Shown here piece by piece: positions 1 to 9,776 of a stretch of DNA of 30,601 bases. Position numbers and translations under genes: made by a program. This stretch comes from a virus (Duplodnaviria > Heunggongvirae > Uroviricota > Caudoviricetes). The notes beneath the pieces were generated by a model, which saw nothing but the letters and a program-made list of their open reading frames with translations, was not told the DNA's origin and did not search any database. The stretch's first letter is position 1. Every line of letters begins with the position of its first letter. The DNA lies in the IMG/VR virus record IMGVR_UViG_2531839450_000009, one strand, 5' to 3'.

Positions 1-919
1 GTCGATTAAACTCATAAGAAAATGCACGGCCTTTCACGCGCTTCCTTGCAAAGCGATCCTTGTCCTCAAATTTCCATAATTCAGTAACTACGGACTTATC
101 TTTAGAACCTTTATCCGTGAGTAGTGAGGCTTCCTTTGTTATCAAGCGCAGGATTTTATTTTTAACTTCATCTTCGGCCATTTCTTCAATGGATAAGATG
201 TCGTTTATTTCCGGGGATATGTTTTGAATAAGCTGATCAAACTCTAAATTCTTGTTCCCCATTTCGTCGCCAACAGCACAAAGCGTTTTGTAGTCCGAAA
301 AGGTTAATTCCGACTGCACAGGGAAAAGGGCGACTAATTCTTCCGGAGCACTCGCTGCCTGGAGAGCACGCGTGACCTTCGCCTGAGACAGCCCTTCTTT
401 GGCTGCAATATCCTTCTGACTCATCCCATCATTTTTCATTCGCATCAAACGCAGACCTATTTCTCGAATGCTGTGCTGCAATGCTGTCTGAACGTCTTTC
501 GCTAAATTTTGCGCTTCCTGAACGCTGATCTCCTGGTCCGTGACTAAAACCCGCAACCCTACGTTCTCTAAGATGGCAGAAGCTCGACGCCGGGAACCAT
601 CCAAAATTTCAATTTTCCCTGTAGCCCGTCTAACACCTATTGCAGGGTAAAATTGCTGATGCTTAATAGTGCTTCGGATACTTTTTAATGATTTTGGCGT
701 AAGAGATGCCTGGTCACGCCCGTTGTTATGCTGATCAACAAAGGTATCGCTTTCTACCTGGTTCGGAGGTATTACCTCTTCAATAAATGTGGCCTGGCGA
801 CCAGTTGATAACTTGAATACCTGCTCGACTCGATCGCCAGAGGCTGAAGAACTATCAAATCCGCTTAATATTGAAGGATTAAGGGTTCGCCCAATTGTTG
901 GTCTGTTTTTCTTTGACAT
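1..919 (-). CDS. parB: ParB partition (centromere-binding) protein; C-terminus cut off by window start
   Basis: Minus-strand reading frame starting at complement of cat 917-919 with GAGGAG Shine-Dalgarno upstream, open to position 1. Hand translation MSKKNRPTIGRTLNPSILSGFDSS...VVTELWKFEDKDRFARKRVKGRAFSYEFNR matches P1 ParB as I remember it. Lies directly downstream of parA. Absent from the ORF track because it runs off the edge. Confidence 0.88.
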   Translation of the reverse strand, partial: MSKKNRPTIGRTLNPSILSGFDSSSASGDRVEQVFKLSTGRQATFIEEVIPPNQVESDTFVDQHNNGRDQASLTPKSLKSIRSTIKHQQFYPAIGVRRATGKIEILDGSRRRASAILENVGLRVLVTDQEISVQEAQNLAKDVQTALQHSIREIGLRLMRMKNDGMSQKDIAAKEGLSQAKVTRALQAASAPEELVALFPVQSELTFSDYKTLCAVGDEMGNKNLEFDQLIQNISPEINDILSIEEMAEDEVKNKILRLITKEASLLTDKGSKDKSVVTELWKFEDKDRFARKRVKGRAFSYEFNR

Positions 920-935
920 GGGGGTTTCTTACTCC

Positions 936-2132
936 TCAGTTAGATCTGATAAATTCAATACGGTCAAAAACTGCTTTAGCAAAATCTTCCGCGGCAATTC
1001 GCGCGTTCTTCAATGCATCAGCACTACCAACATACGTTGCCGGGTTAGCTGAAATAACAGTGTCAAAAGACTCGCCGCAGCGTTCAAAACCGTCAAGGCG
1101 AGGGAGGACGACATCAAGCATATCCCCACCGAACACTTCTTTAGCCAGGCTATGGCAATACTTATGGTCTGCCTTGTTACTCAACTTGGACATAAAACCA
1201 ATGTTAGTCGCAAGCTGGCACTCGCAGCCTTCATCCGAAATGAGTTTCACCAACTCAGGAAGGCGGGCAACGTATTTAAGCGATGAGTGGAAATCAACCG
1301 TTGCAGGCGGCAGAGGTGTAAACAGTATATTGGCCGAGGCCAAAGCATTTTTCAGGAAGGCGTCAAGGTGAGGACCACTATCAACGAGGATAAAGTCATA
1401 ATCGCTCTTCAGCTTATCAATCACATTTTCTTTCAGGACTGCATGGATGTTCTGACCCGGTAGATGCTCATTGCACAGCTCTCTCCAATCGGATGCAATA
1501 AAGGCATCGTCAATCGACGCAGGCATAACGTCAACCCCAGGTACAACAGAAGGAACAATAAACTCCTCTAACAGCTCTTCACGGCTTACATTCTGCAACA
1601 TAGCCTGTGCAGATGTTGCGTTTACGATACCAATAGAGTGTTTATGGCTTAAAAACATCGTTGCTGAAGATTGCGGATCAAGGTCAATAACCAGAATTCT
1701 TAAATCTTCCATCAGAAGATGAGGGTGGGCACGCATTGCATGCGCCAGAGAAACCGTCGATACAGTTTTTGACACACCGCCTTTAAGATTGGAGATGAAA
1801 ATCACATACGCTTCGCTGTAGCGATCCCGGTATTTTGGCACTCCGCGATGTTCATATATGTCAATGATGTTCTGAATTGACATCGCATATTTCATTGAAG
1901 AGCCAGCAGGGCGTTTATCGAAAACATAACCCTTTTCTTCCATTTCACTTACGGCATAGTCAACGTTCGCTCGAGTCAGTAGAGGCAATTTTGCCAGTGC
2001 CGCTTTCGCATAGACCTGGTAAAACTCGTTCGCGTGTAGCTCATCCTTTTGCAACTGTACTTGTTCAGTCAGAACATTGAGCATTCTGTTTGCTCTTTGA
2101 GCAACCTTGTGAAGCTGGCTGGAATCACTCAT
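936..2132 (-). CDS. parA: ParA partition ATPase (type Ia, long N-terminal regulatory region)
   Basis: ORF track, 398 aa. Deviant Walker A box ISNLKGGVSKTVSTVSLA. N-terminus MSDSSQLHKVAQRANRMLNV as recalled for P1 ParA. Upstream of parB with a 16-nt gap. Confidence 0.9.
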   Translation of the reverse strand: MSDSSQLHKVAQRANRMLNVLTEQVQLQKDELHANEFYQVYAKAALAKLPLLTRANVDYAVSEMEEKGYVFDKRPAGSSMKYAMSIQNIIDIYEHRGVPKYRDRYSEAYVIFISNLKGGVSKTVSTVSLAHAMRAHPHLLMEDLRILVIDLDPQSSATMFLSHKHSIGIVNATSAQAMLQNVSREELLEEFIVPSVVPGVDVMPASIDDAFIASDWRELCNEHLPGQNIHAVLKENVIDKLKSDYDFILVDSGPHLDAFLKNALASANILFTPLPPATVDFHSSLKYVARLPELVKLISDEGCECQLATNIGFMSKLSNKADHKYCHSLAKEVFGGDMLDVVLPRLDGFERCGESFDTVISANPATYVGSADALKNARIAAEDFAKAVFDRIEFIRSN

Positions 2133-2260
2133 CGAAAGTCATCCTTTATGCTGTATTTTTGAATTTAATTAAAAATGCTGCATAAAATAATAATGTATGC
2201 GTAGATGCTTGTACATAGCATTCCCTGCATGTTTACTCCTTTGCCAAGTGTGTCACAACA
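2133..2260 (-). promoter_or_regulatory. par operon promoter/operator region (expected ParA autoregulation site)
   Basis: AT-rich region immediately 5' of the parA start with an imperfect inverted repeat around tgcataaaataataatgtatgc. Assigned by position only; boundaries not mapped. Confidence 0.35.
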
Positions 2261-2405
2261 TGCTTTGGCATCCTCCACGCATAAAGGACGCGGATTTCTT
2301 CTATGTTCAGGTTGTAGCCTGAATCATTTTGGTGATTTCCTGCTTCAACGGGCAGCCAGGCTTCACTCTCTATCAACTGGTGAGAACGGCTTGCCCGGAA
2401 GCTTC

Positions 2406-2690
2406 GATGTGTGCTGGAGGGAGAATAAAAGTCTAAGATGTGCGATAGAGGGAAGTCGCATTGAATTATGTGCTGTGGAGGGATCGCTGGTATCAAATAT
2501 GTGTGCTGGAGGGAAAGACAGAGAATTACATGTGCACTGGAGGGAAAAACGGATGGACAGATGTGTGCTGGAGGGAAAGTCTGGGCAAACTGCGGGGCGT
2601 CCCCCTCCAGCGCACATCAAAAACAGGAAATTGGACAAGCCTTCCCGGCAGCACACATTTTTTTTAATGCAGCTTCCCTCCAGCACACAC
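2406..2690. repeat. incA iteron array (RepA-binding copy-control locus)
   Basis: About nine copies of a 19-bp iteron with core GATGTGTGCTGGAGGGA in both orientations, e.g. gatgtgtgctggagggaga at 2406, atatgtgtgctggagggaaag at 2497, agatgtgtgctggagggaaag at 2559, and inverted copies ccctccagcgcacatc at about 2603 and tccctccagcacacac at 2675. Located between repA and parA; the last copy overlaps the repA stop. Confidence 0.85.
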
Positions 2691-3551
2691 TTATTCGGGG
2701 AGTTTCAGCTTTGGATTGCGAGAATGGACGATTACAAAACTTTCCCGGCCTTTCTTCTCAATTGAACAGTCGAGATAGCCGATTGTTTTAAGCTGTTCTA
2801 TCGCTTTCTTAATGATACGGTTTTGCTCGCCAACAGCTGACTGTAAAGCCAGGCGCTCACGGATTCGCGCGAACGATAGCGGCAACGGGTTCTGCGGAAG
2901 GCTTTCGATGAAAGTGTAAATGGCTTGTGCAGCTTCTTTCTTCGGAAGGGCACGCAAGGCGTGGTGTTGCAACAGAACGCGATAATCAAGCTGGAACAGC
3001 TCCCAGAGCTTCGAATCGGCCTCCAGCTCTATCAGATCAAGGTCAGCATCAAAACGCCCGACCTTCAGCAGACCAGTCTGATAGCCGCCTTTAGCATCTT
3101 TTCCGCGCTTAAAAGCGATACCCTTGTTACGCAAGCGTCCAAGTGATTCATGAATGGTTAAACGCAGTTTCGCATCCAGACGTTTTGAGGGGAAACCACA
3201 GGCTTTAGCGAACTCCTGAAACGATAACTGGATGGTGTTTGAAGACAAGCCGTATTTGCTGAACGCGTAGATGACACCGATCCACGTTTTGAAATCAGTA
3301 TCCATATCGAGTCGAGGACCGGTGATTTTAATATCATCGTAACCCTCGGCTTTAGCTATCTCCAGCTGGGAAAACGCTTTGGTAGCATCAATCTCTTTAC
3401 TTTCTCCTTTGCTCTTTGATGGCTTCGGCACGAATACCCCCAAGCGCATCAACGCTACAGGCTGCACAGTGTTGTTTGAATTAACTGTTAGTTCTTTTGC
3501 CTTACTTTCAATGTCTGCGTAAAGAATATCGGAGATAAATGATTGATTCAT
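2691..3551 (-). CDS. repA: RepA plasmid replication initiator
   Basis: ORF track, 286 aa, starting MNQSFISDILYADIESKAKELTV. Flanked upstream by five origin iterons and downstream by the incA array, the canonical P1 R-replicon layout. Confidence 0.9.
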   Translation of the reverse strand: MNQSFISDILYADIESKAKELTVNSNNTVQPVALMRLGVFVPKPSKSKGESKEIDATKAFSQLEIAKAEGYDDIKITGPRLDMDTDFKTWIGVIYAFSKYGLSSNTIQLSFQEFAKACGFPSKRLDAKLRLTIHESLGRLRNKGIAFKRGKDAKGGYQTGLLKVGRFDADLDLIELEADSKLWELFQLDYRVLLQHHALRALPKKEAAQAIYTFIESLPQNPLPLSFARIRERLALQSAVGEQNRIIKKAIEQLKTIGYLDCSIEKKGRESFVIVHSRNPKLKLPE

Positions 3552-3559
3552 ATTACTTT

Positions 3560-3830
3560 TTCCGAATTATGTGGATAGTTTTTATAAGCGGTGATAACTA
3601 CCCAGGCTTTCCCGTCAGCACACATCCTATATCCCGCCAGCACACATTAGCAACCCGTCAGCACACATTTTTTTCCCTCCAGCGCACATCATTTTCCCTC
3701 CAGCACACATCGCGAAAGGCTTCTAAGCCAGACGGGGCGCGGCCTACGACGATCAGGGATCTATATGGATCTAATTGGGATCTGTATGGACCTGATTATT
3801 GGATCTATCCAGTGGATAATGTGGATAAGT
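3560..3830. other. oriR plasmid replication origin
   Basis: Contains DnaA-box matches tgtggatag at about 3570 and tandem gtggataa / tgtggataa at 3812-3828, the five incC iterons, and five GATC sites within about 55 bp (about 3751, 3758, 3768, 3779, 3802). Confidence 0.8.
3611..3712. repeat. incC: five direct iterons inside oriR (also the repA promoter region)
   Basis: cccgtcagcacacatcc, cccgccagcacacatta, cccgtcagcacacattt, ccctccagcgcacatca, ccctccagcacacatcg at roughly 22-bp spacing; same core as the incA iterons. Confidence 0.85.
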
Positions 3831-3869
3831 GAAAAACCGGCCAACAAAGCCGGTTGGAAGGAAACCGTA

Positions 3870-4262
3870 TTATTCTACGCTTTCGATAAGAAGACCATGT
3901 TCATAACATTTAAGCTCATCGCCTTCATACAGGAATTGGTATCCAACACCACCACCTTCCAGAACATTAGGGAATAAATCATCACTTACCGAAGAACAAA
4001 TCACACCAATGCAGCGATCAACGCCTTCTCGTTCTTCAGTGCTGAAAAAATCCTCTTCAATAAGCACTTGATTACATTGCTCATCAGCATAAGTTGGAAA
4101 TACATGCTCGATACAATCTGGATGTTTTAAACCAAGCTGATCGGCAAGTTCGAAAGCATGACGGTATTGTTCAGATCCTGGCTTGCCAACAGTGATTTGC
4201 TCAATTTTATAGATTGAAGTCGCTTTGTTGATAGTTTGCTTAACTGTTACTTTATCAGACAT
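3870..4262 (-). CDS. hypothetical protein (130 aa), last gene of the minus-strand operon
   Basis: ORF track. Starts MSDKVTVKQ. Compact spacing with the upstream lipoprotein gene. No recognisable domain. Confidence 0.5.
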   Translation of the reverse strand: MSDKVTVKQTINKATSIYKIEQITVGKPGSEQYRHAFELADQLGLKHPDCIEHVFPTYADEQCNQVLIEEDFFSTEEREGVDRCIGVICSSVSDDLFPNVLEGGGVGYQFLYEGDELKCYEHGLLIESVE

Positions 4263-4273
4263 AAAAATCCCTT

Positions 4274-4606
4274 TTAGTTACCGCTGATAGCGCGGTTGTA
4301 ATCATTAACGTTGCGATTCTTCCTGTTAATCCCCATCAGCATCGTTTCTGTATCGAGGATATACGCTGGCAGATCATCAAAATATTCACTGCTAAACTCC
4401 GGCATCCTGCACATAAATGCACTTTTGGGGGCAGGGTGGTTAACCTTTGTCGGCGTCGGCGTTAAATTCGCTGATCGACTCCCGGAGCAACCGCTGAGTG
4501 TCAGCAGGAATGCGCTGGCGAACATTACCCGCCGCAACCAGTTGTTTCTGAACTTCTGCTTTTCGTTCCATTTGCCTGTCAGCATACTTGGCTTGCTCTG
4601 ATTCAT
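4274..4606 (-). CDS. lipoprotein precursor; o-spanin-like architecture
   Basis: ORF track. Hydrophobic stretch MFASAFLLTL followed by lipobox LSGC, then a Pro/Thr-containing mature region. Start may be M1 (4606) or the internal Met at 4525. The 5' part overlaps the 3' end of the preceding gene in another frame. Confidence 0.55.
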   Translation of the reverse strand: MNQSKPSMLTGKWNEKQKFRNNWLRRVMFASAFLLTLSGCSGSRSANLTPTPTKVNHPAPKSAFMCRMPEFSSEYFDDLPAYILDTETMLMGINRKNRNVNDYNRAISGN

Positions 4607-4862
4607 TTTTCACTTCCTGGCTGTGAAAATGTTGATCTGCTTTGTTCATCGTCTCAATGGTCTGGTTAAGATCCATTATTGACTTATCACGTTCCTTAAC
4701 AGCCTGATCAAGACTGCCAATTTTCTCGATGGCTTGCTTTAGCTGATGACGTTCCCATGCAAACCCAGCACCAACAAGTGCGCAAATCAGAACAAGAACA
4801 CCAGTAGCAGCAAGTTTCTCCTTCAAAGACAAAGCTGTTTTTAACGTAGAAAAGAATGACAT
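4440..4862 (-). CDS. N-terminal single-TM, coiled-coil periplasmic protein; i-spanin-like architecture
   Basis: ORF track frame 4440..4889. Preferred start is the Met at 4862 (MSFFSTLKTALSLKEKLAATGVLVLICALVGAGFAW) with a GGAGG Shine-Dalgarno 5 nt upstream. TM helix then a charged helical region. Its 3' end overlaps the lipoprotein gene. Confidence 0.55.
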   Translation of the reverse strand: MSFFSTLKTALSLKEKLAATGVLVLICALVGAGFAWERHQLKQAIEKIGSLDQAVKERDKSIMDLNQTIETMNKADQHFHSQEVKNESEQAKYADRQMERKAEVQKQLVAAGNVRQRIPADTQRLLRESISEFNADADKG

Positions 4863-4901
4863 GTCTTCCTCCTGAAGAAAAATTATCAATGAAGTCCTTT
4901 G

Positions 4902-5690
4902 TTACTGTGCCGCTTTGTTTAATTCATCAAGAACAGAATCAGGAACCAAAGCAGCAACTGCGCTGGCTGTGCTGGCCTTATTTGCTGATGCTTCCGCAAG
5001 CGCAGTACCGATAGCATGGTTATAAGCAGTTATGGCTACATTGGCGCTTTCATTCGCTCGTTCATACTGCTGTTGTAACGCAGTTGTGGGCGCTGTTGTC
5101 TGGTTGAAAACAACCCCAAACTGTTCAGTTGCTACTTTCAGAGATTCAATTTGCTCTTCTGTTAGTGCTGGTGGGGGAGTGGCAGTGCCGCCGCCTGAAC
5201 CAGAGCCTGACGAGCTTCCTGAGCCAGTGTTAAGGGTCTGGTTAATCTCCCCCATAGCAGCGATTAAACTTGATGTATTAAGCGCGTTTACAGCGTCCTC
5301 AAGCGATTTAGTAATAGTCACATCACCAATGGCAATAGAGATCGGCAGTTCTGATACTTCTCGCTCATTAGCACGGCAGTAAACATCCCAACCAATATCG
5401 AGTTGAAGCAGCATTGACAGATCTGCATAACCAGCCAACAGGTCCGCGTGCTTAGTTGCCAGTTCGACAATGTTCGTTAAGCCGGTTGTGGTTGTTCTGA
5501 TCGTTGAAACATAGCTGGTAATAGTGTCGGGATAGACAATTGTATCCAGAATTAATCCGGTCAATTCTTCTGCAAGCAGTTTTGCTGTGTTAGCACTGTT
5601 TCGTGCCGATGTTATGGCACCAGGTGTTTTCATCCCACCGGCGGCGGCCAATTTTTTATATGCGGATAACTGGTAGTCTTTTTCCAGCAT
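4902..5690 (-). CDS. hypothetical two-domain protein with Gly/Ser-rich linker (263 aa)
   Basis: ORF track frame 4902..5747. Preferred start MLEKDYQ at 5690 with AGGAG Shine-Dalgarno, avoiding overlap with the PAAR-like gene. Central linker GSGSSSGSGSGGG. No domain recognised. Confidence 0.5.
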   Translation of the reverse strand: MLEKDYQLSAYKKLAAAGGMKTPGAITSARNSANTAKLLAEELTGLILDTIVYPDTITSYVSTIRTTTTGLTNIVELATKHADLLAGYADLSMLLQLDIGWDVYCRANEREVSELPISIAIGDVTITKSLEDAVNALNTSSLIAAMGEINQTLNTGSGSSSGSGSGGGTATPPPALTEEQIESLKVATEQFGVVFNQTTAPTTALQQQYERANESANVAITAYNHAIGTALAEASANKASTASAVAALVPDSVLDELNKAAQ

Positions 5691-5698
5691 GATATCTC

Positions 5699-5983
5699 CT
5701 AACTTACCTGAACCAGGCCGTCTCCGGACGCTACGGTAGATCCGCATGAAACAGGGTCACCAACGCATACGATCCCTTTACCATTGACGGTAAACCATGC
5801 CCTGGTTGATATAGCTTGCCCACCGTGCGTACTGTTTCCATCGGTATGCTGTGCATATTGCTTACCATCAACTAACACTTCGACTCCGTTGACTTTAAGT
5901 AGTGGTTCACTCTCTACAGGAGGCCTAGATGGGAATCCTCCGTGCCCCGAACAAATGCTGTCTTTTGTTGCAATACTTGCCAC
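5699..5983 (-). CDS. PAAR-like small Cys/His/Gly-rich protein (possible spike-tip protein)
   Basis: ORF track, 94 aa. Motifs ICSGHGG, HTDGNSTHGG and VCVGDPVSCGS resemble PAAR / T4 gp5.4-like repeats. Assignment from motif resemblance only. Confidence 0.4.
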   Translation of the reverse strand: MASIATKDSICSGHGGFPSRPPVESEPLLKVNGVEVLVDGKQYAQHTDGNSTHGGQAISTRAWFTVNGKGIVCVGDPVSCGSTVASGDGLVQVS

Positions 5984-6064
5984 GTCATCACCAATTATTT
6001 GCTCTGATTTTCGTTATTTTAACTCAGGTTGTTTGTGGTCTACATGGAGTTCAACTATTGCAAA

Positions 6065-6081
6065 ATTGCTCTAATAAATAT
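6065..6081 (+). promoter_or_regulatory. C1 repressor operator-like 17-mer
   Basis: attgctctaataaatat matches 15-16 of 17 positions of the P1 C1 operator consensus ATTGCTCTAATAAATTT as I recall it. A TTGCAA -35-like hexamer lies just upstream. Sits between the divergent minus-strand operon and the RdgC/dmt operon. Confidence 0.55.
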
Positions 6082-6152
6082 TGTTTTTTATGTCGTATTT
6101 TCGGTACCATTCAGCCATCGCCCTTCAATGGGCATTTGTTTGGAGTCGTCAG

Positions 6153-6437
6153 ATGCAGATGGAGCTAATAAGCCGCAAAGAGTTCGATAGCCGTGTAACC
6201 AGCGGTGAACTCGACAACTTGCAGGCTATCAAGGTGAAAGAAGGCTTTTGCCTCATTGGGAATCAGAGCGGAACAAATCGCGTTTTTATGCTTCGCCGTA
6301 CGGATTTGAAGCCATTTGTCTGGAAGAACGAAATTGGTCCCAGCTCATACGCTCAAACGAGGGGGTGCCACAACCTGGCCTTTTTCTACAAAGACGAGCT
6401 TTCTGTGGTTGATATTCAAGGGTTACAACATGTTTAA
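6153..6437 (+). CDS. hypothetical small protein upstream of, and translationally coupled to, the rdgC homolog
   Basis: ORF track frame 6081..6437. Preferred start ATG 6153 ([11 protein letters not shown]) with GGAG 7 nt upstream. Its stop overlaps the hrdC start in the sequence ATGTTTAA. Confidence 0.45.
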   Translation: MQMELISRKEFDSRVTSGELDNLQAIKVKEGFCLIGNQSGTNRVFMLRRTDLKPFVWKNEIGPSSYAQTRGCHNLAFFYKDELSVVDIQGLQHV

Positions 6438-7335
6438 GCACTGGAAAAACATTACTATTTATAAACTTTCTCGTGAGGCGGATCTGACCGACTTAGAAGA
6501 TAAAAAGAAAATGATCCTTTTCACGCCATGCGGTAGTCAGGATATGGCCAAGTTCGGTTTTGTATCTCCATTTGGTGATAATTCCGAAGTTATCGCTATG
6601 CATGGAAATGGTTTTATCCTTGTTGAAGCAAAGCGCGAAACAAAAATTCTTCCCCCGCCGGTTATCCAGCGAGCTATTCAAGAAAAAATTGAAAAACTTG
6701 AGCAAGAACAAGCGCGTAAACTGAAGAAAACAGAGAAGGACTCCCTGAAAGACGAAGTTCTGCATTCTCTTCTGCCACGGGCTTTTTCAAAGTTTTCTGT
6801 TATCCAGGCGATCTACGACGGTTCAACTAAACGTATCTATATCAATGCCAGCGCGCGGCAGGCAGAGGATATGCTCGCGCTTATGCGTAAGTCTCTGGGT
6901 TCTCTTCCTGTTGTTCCCCTGAGTGTTGAAAATCCCATTGAATTAACGCTGACCGACTGGGTACGTGATGGTAGTGCTCCACAAGGATTTCAAATGGGGG
7001 ATGCGGCAGAACTTAAGGCAGTGCTTGAGGATGGCGGTATTGCCCGAGTGAAAAAGCAGGATTTGGGAAGCGATGAAATTTCCACACACCTGGAAGCTGG
7101 CAAGCTCGTCACTAAGTTGGCACTCGACTGGCAGAACCGCATTAAATTTACACTGGACCATAACTTCAGCCTTACCAGCGTCAAATTTGCGGATGAATTG
7201 CTTGAGCAGAACTCTGATATTGATAATGAAGATGTTGCGCAGCGACTGGACGCAGATTTCTTCCTGTTGACCAGTGAAATTTCGTGCCTGGTTGATGCTC
7301 TGGTAAATGCCCTTGGTGGAGAGGCTAAGCAGTGA
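6430..7335 (+). CDS. hrdC: RdgC-family recombination-associated protein
   Basis: ORF track frame, start at internal Met 6430 ([16 protein letters not shown]). Long stretches near-identical to E. coli RdgC as recalled ([54 protein letters not shown]); about 301 aa like RdgC. Confidence 0.82.
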   Translation: MFKHWKNITIYKLSREADLTDLEDKKKMILFTPCGSQDMAKFGFVSPFGDNSEVIAMHGNGFILVEAKRETKILPPPVIQRAIQEKIEKLEQEQARKLKKTEKDSLKDEVLHSLLPRAFSKFSVIQAIYDGSTKRIYINASARQAEDMLALMRKSLGSLPVVPLSVENPIELTLTDWVRDGSAPQGFQMGDAAELKAVLEDGGIARVKKQDLGSDEISTHLEAGKLVTKLALDWQNRIKFTLDHNFSLTSVKFADELLEQNSDIDNEDVAQRLDADFFLLTSEISCLVDALVNALGGEAKQ

Positions 7336-9596
7336 AAGAGCTGTGCTATGGATCTGTTTGCAGTGGAATTGAAGCCGCGAGTATTGCCTGGGAACCGTTG
7401 GGTATGCGTCCGGCGTGGTTTGCTGAAATCGAGCCTTTTCCATCTGCCGTTCTTGCGCACCGCTGGCCCCATGTCGCCAACCTTGGCGACATGACAAAAC
7501 TTGCCCAAAAAGTCCTGGCTGGGGAAATCGAATCCCCTGATGTGCTCGTCGGGGGAACACCTTGTCAGGCATTCAGTATCGCAGGATTAGGTGGTGGGCT
7601 TGATGATGAGCGTGGCGCGCTAACTTTAAAGTATGTGGAGCTTGCAAATGCAATTGACGACAAACGGGCTGAGTCATTTCTCAAACCAGCCGTTATCGTC
7701 TGGGAAAATGTCCCAGGAGTCTTGTCATCGGCAGATAACGCCTTCGGATGTTTCCTTGCCGGATTGGCTGGAGAAGATGTGCCATTTGAACCAGGTGATC
7801 GACCTGAATCAGGAAAAAGCAACGCGTTCTGGCGGTGGGATGGCAAAACCGGTTGCCATGTTCCAAAGTGGCCGCAGTGTGGTTGTATTTATGGACCGCA
7901 GCGAAAGGTGGCCTGGAGAATCCTTGATGCCCAATACTTCGGAGTGGCACAACGACGCCGACGCGTGTTTGTTGTCGCAAGTGCTCGAACAGACCTCGAT
8001 CCCGCAACGGTACTTTTTGAGTTCGAAGGCGTGCGCCGGAATATTGCGCCGAGCCGAAAAAAGAAGGAAATCGCTTCCGCCATTACTGCAAATGGCGCTG
8101 CAATCAGTGGCGAAAGCCTAAATCCATGCCTACACGCTGGCATGTCCCCCGGTATGAAATCGACGAAAGCCGTAAACGGTTTCAGGATGGCGGCATTTGG
8201 GGAATATATTGACGATGAAACCGCATCGACAGTAAAGGCAAGAGACTTTAAAGATGCCACTGACCTTGCCGTTTTTAGCAGCACTGGAGCAGGTTTTTGG
8301 TCAGAAGGGCATGGTACATTGCGGGCGCGTGAGCAAGAAAGCCATGAGCATCTTGTTACATTGGCTTTTCCTGAGCGTATGAGTGGTACACAACATGCAG
8401 CAACTAAGAATACTTCACCATCTCTAATGGCTCAAAATCCAACTGCTGTTTGCTATGAAGTAAGAAACGAAGAAGTAGCTGTCCGCCGTCTTACCCCTGT
8501 CGAATGTGAGAGACTTCAAGGTTTTCCTGATGGGCATACGTTGATCCCTACGGAAAAGCGTAAAAAAGTTAATTCAGATGAACTGGCATATCTGCACAAT
8601 CACTATCCAGATTTAAGCGAAGAAGAGGCCGCGATGCTTGCAGCTGACGGACCGCGTTACAAAGCGATCGGCAATAGTATGGCAATACCAGTAATGCGCT
8701 GGATTGGCGAGCGGATTACCAGGGCTGCATGTCGGCAGAATGAAGGGCGTGAAACAAAAGAGCGAAAAGTTAAACCAGCGGCAGAATTCGAACGGTCCAT
8801 ATTCAAATGGGCTGGTGGAAAATTTGGTGTTCTGGAACAAATCTTTCGCTATTTGCCAGAAGGGAAGCGCCTGATCGAACCTTTTGTCGGTGGCGGAGCT
8901 GTCTTCACGAATGCCGGATACCAGGAAAATCTGCTAAATGATGTGAATGCTGACCTGATTAACTTTTACAAGACTCTGCAACGCGAGGCGCATTCACTTA
9001 TCACACTGGCGCATCGGTTTTTCCAGGACTACAACACACAGGAAGGATACCTGGCAGTACGGAATGCGTTTAACAAACAAGTCTATGATGATTTACATCG
9101 CGCAGCGGCGTTTTTGTTCCTGAACCGACATTGTTTTAACGGATTGACGCGTTACAACCAGGCCGGTGAGTTCAATGTCGGTTATGGGAAGTATAAAACT
9201 CCGTATTTCCCATTACAGGAGATGGAAGCCTTCCTCGGTGCGGAAGGGTGTTCTGAGTTTGTATGTGGTGATTTTGCAGCGGTGATTGAAGCTGCCGGAG
9301 AAGGAGATGTCATCTTTTGCGATCCGCCGTATGAACCGCTTCCAAATACAGAGGGATTCACGAACTATTCCGGTCATGACTTTAAGTTTGAAGAGCAAAA
9401 ACGCCTGGTGTCTCTGTTGACGGATGCTCATCGTCGAGGTGCAAAGGTTCTCATTACTAACAGTGGCGCGCCAAATATCAGAGAGCTTTATCATGACAGT
9501 GGCTTCAGAGTGGAACCTCTTTTTGCCAGACGTTCTGTGTCTTGTAAGGGGGACACTCGAGGTGTAGCTCATGACGTTTTAGGTATATTGCTCTAA
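7332..9596 (+). CDS. dmt: bifunctional DNA methyltransferase: N-terminal C5-cytosine MTase domain fused to C-terminal Dam-like N6-adenine MTase domain
   Basis: ORF track, 754 aa, GTG start overlapping the hrdC stop. N-terminal half has the catalytic [11 protein letters not shown] and ENV (WENVPGV) motifs of C5 MTases. C-terminal half has the DPPY motif (IFCDPPYEP) and Dam-like FKWAGGK/SAM-binding region. Confidence 0.88.
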   Translation: MKELCYGSVCSGIEAASIAWEPLGMRPAWFAEIEPFPSAVLAHRWPHVANLGDMTKLAQKVLAGEIESPDVLVGGTPCQAFSIAGLGGGLDDERGALTLKYVELANAIDDKRAESFLKPAVIVWENVPGVLSSADNAFGCFLAGLAGEDVPFEPGDRPESGKSNAFWRWDGKTGCHVPKWPQCGCIYGPQRKVAWRILDAQYFGVAQRRRRVFVVASARTDLDPATVLFEFEGVRRNIAPSRKKKEIASAITANGAAISGESLNPCLHAGMSPGMKSTKAVNGFRMAAFGEYIDDETASTVKARDFKDATDLAVFSSTGAGFWSEGHGTLRAREQESHEHLVTLAFPERMSGTQHAATKNTSPSLMAQNPTAVCYEVRNEEVAVRRLTPVECERLQGFPDGHTLIPTEKRKKVNSDELAYLHNHYPDLSEEEAAMLAADGPRYKAIGNSMAIPVMRWIGERITRAACRQNEGRETKERKVKPAAEFERSIFKWAGGKFGVLEQIFRYLPEGKRLIEPFVGGGAVFTNAGYQENLLNDVNADLINFYKTLQREAHSLITLAHRFFQDYNTQEGYLAVRNAFNKQVYDDLHRAAAFLFLNRHCFNGLTRYNQAGEFNVGYGKYKTPYFPLQEMEAFLGAEGCSEFVCGDFAAVIEAAGEGDVIFCDPPYEPLPNTEGFTNYSGHDFKFEEQKRLVSLLTDAHRRGAKVLITNSGAPNIRELYHDSGFRVEPLFARRSVSCKGDTRGVAHDVLGILL

Positions 9597-9603
9597 TAAA
9601 TTT
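9587..9603 (+). promoter_or_regulatory. C1 repressor operator-like 17-mer overlapping the dmt stop codon
   Basis: attgctctaataaattt is a 17/17 match to the recalled C1 operator consensus. Embedded in the 16-bp palindrome ctaataaatttattag, followed by taatat (-10-like). Confidence 0.6.
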
Positions 9604-9619
9604 ATTAGTGTAATATCGC

Positions 9620-9776
9620 CTCAATGAATCGTGATTTATAGAGCGATTTAGCTGTTAGCCGCGACAGGCGCGGCGGTAAGCATGGCTGGGCCTAGTCCTC
9701 CCAGACAAACCACCGAGTTGCCAGGTTGACCATGCGCCTAAGTGGCAACTCCGAAGTGCGTTACGAGCTTCCAGTT
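9620..9776 (+). ncRNA. candidate structured small RNA between the dmt-end operator/promoter and an intrinsic terminator
   Basis: No ORF. Several hairpins (gccgcg..cgcggc; gttgcca..tggcaac enclosing about 19 nt) and ends at a strong terminator. Ends not mapped. Confidence 0.3.

Noticed and set aside
2205-2791. ORF-track entries 2205..2765, 2233..2496, 2363..2686, 2461..2667 and 2468..2791 across the iteron region
   Set aside because: They overlap each other on both strands, lie entirely in repetitive iteron DNA, lack ribosome-binding sites and translate the repeat units. Treated as spurious.
2406-3712. Possible CRISPR array (regularly spaced direct repeats)
   Set aside because: The repeats are 19-bp units with the core GATGTGTGCTGGAGGGA in both orientations, flanking a rep gene, with no cas genes and irregular short spacing. 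They are plasmid iterons (incA and incC), not CRISPR repeats.
7565-8284. Antisense or alternative-frame ORFs inside dmt (7565..7846, 7633..8121, 7693..8007, 7889..8284) and similar ones inside ban and parA
   Set aside because: They are embedded in well-supported genes with strong homology in the other frame or strand and have no start context; typical shadow ORFs.
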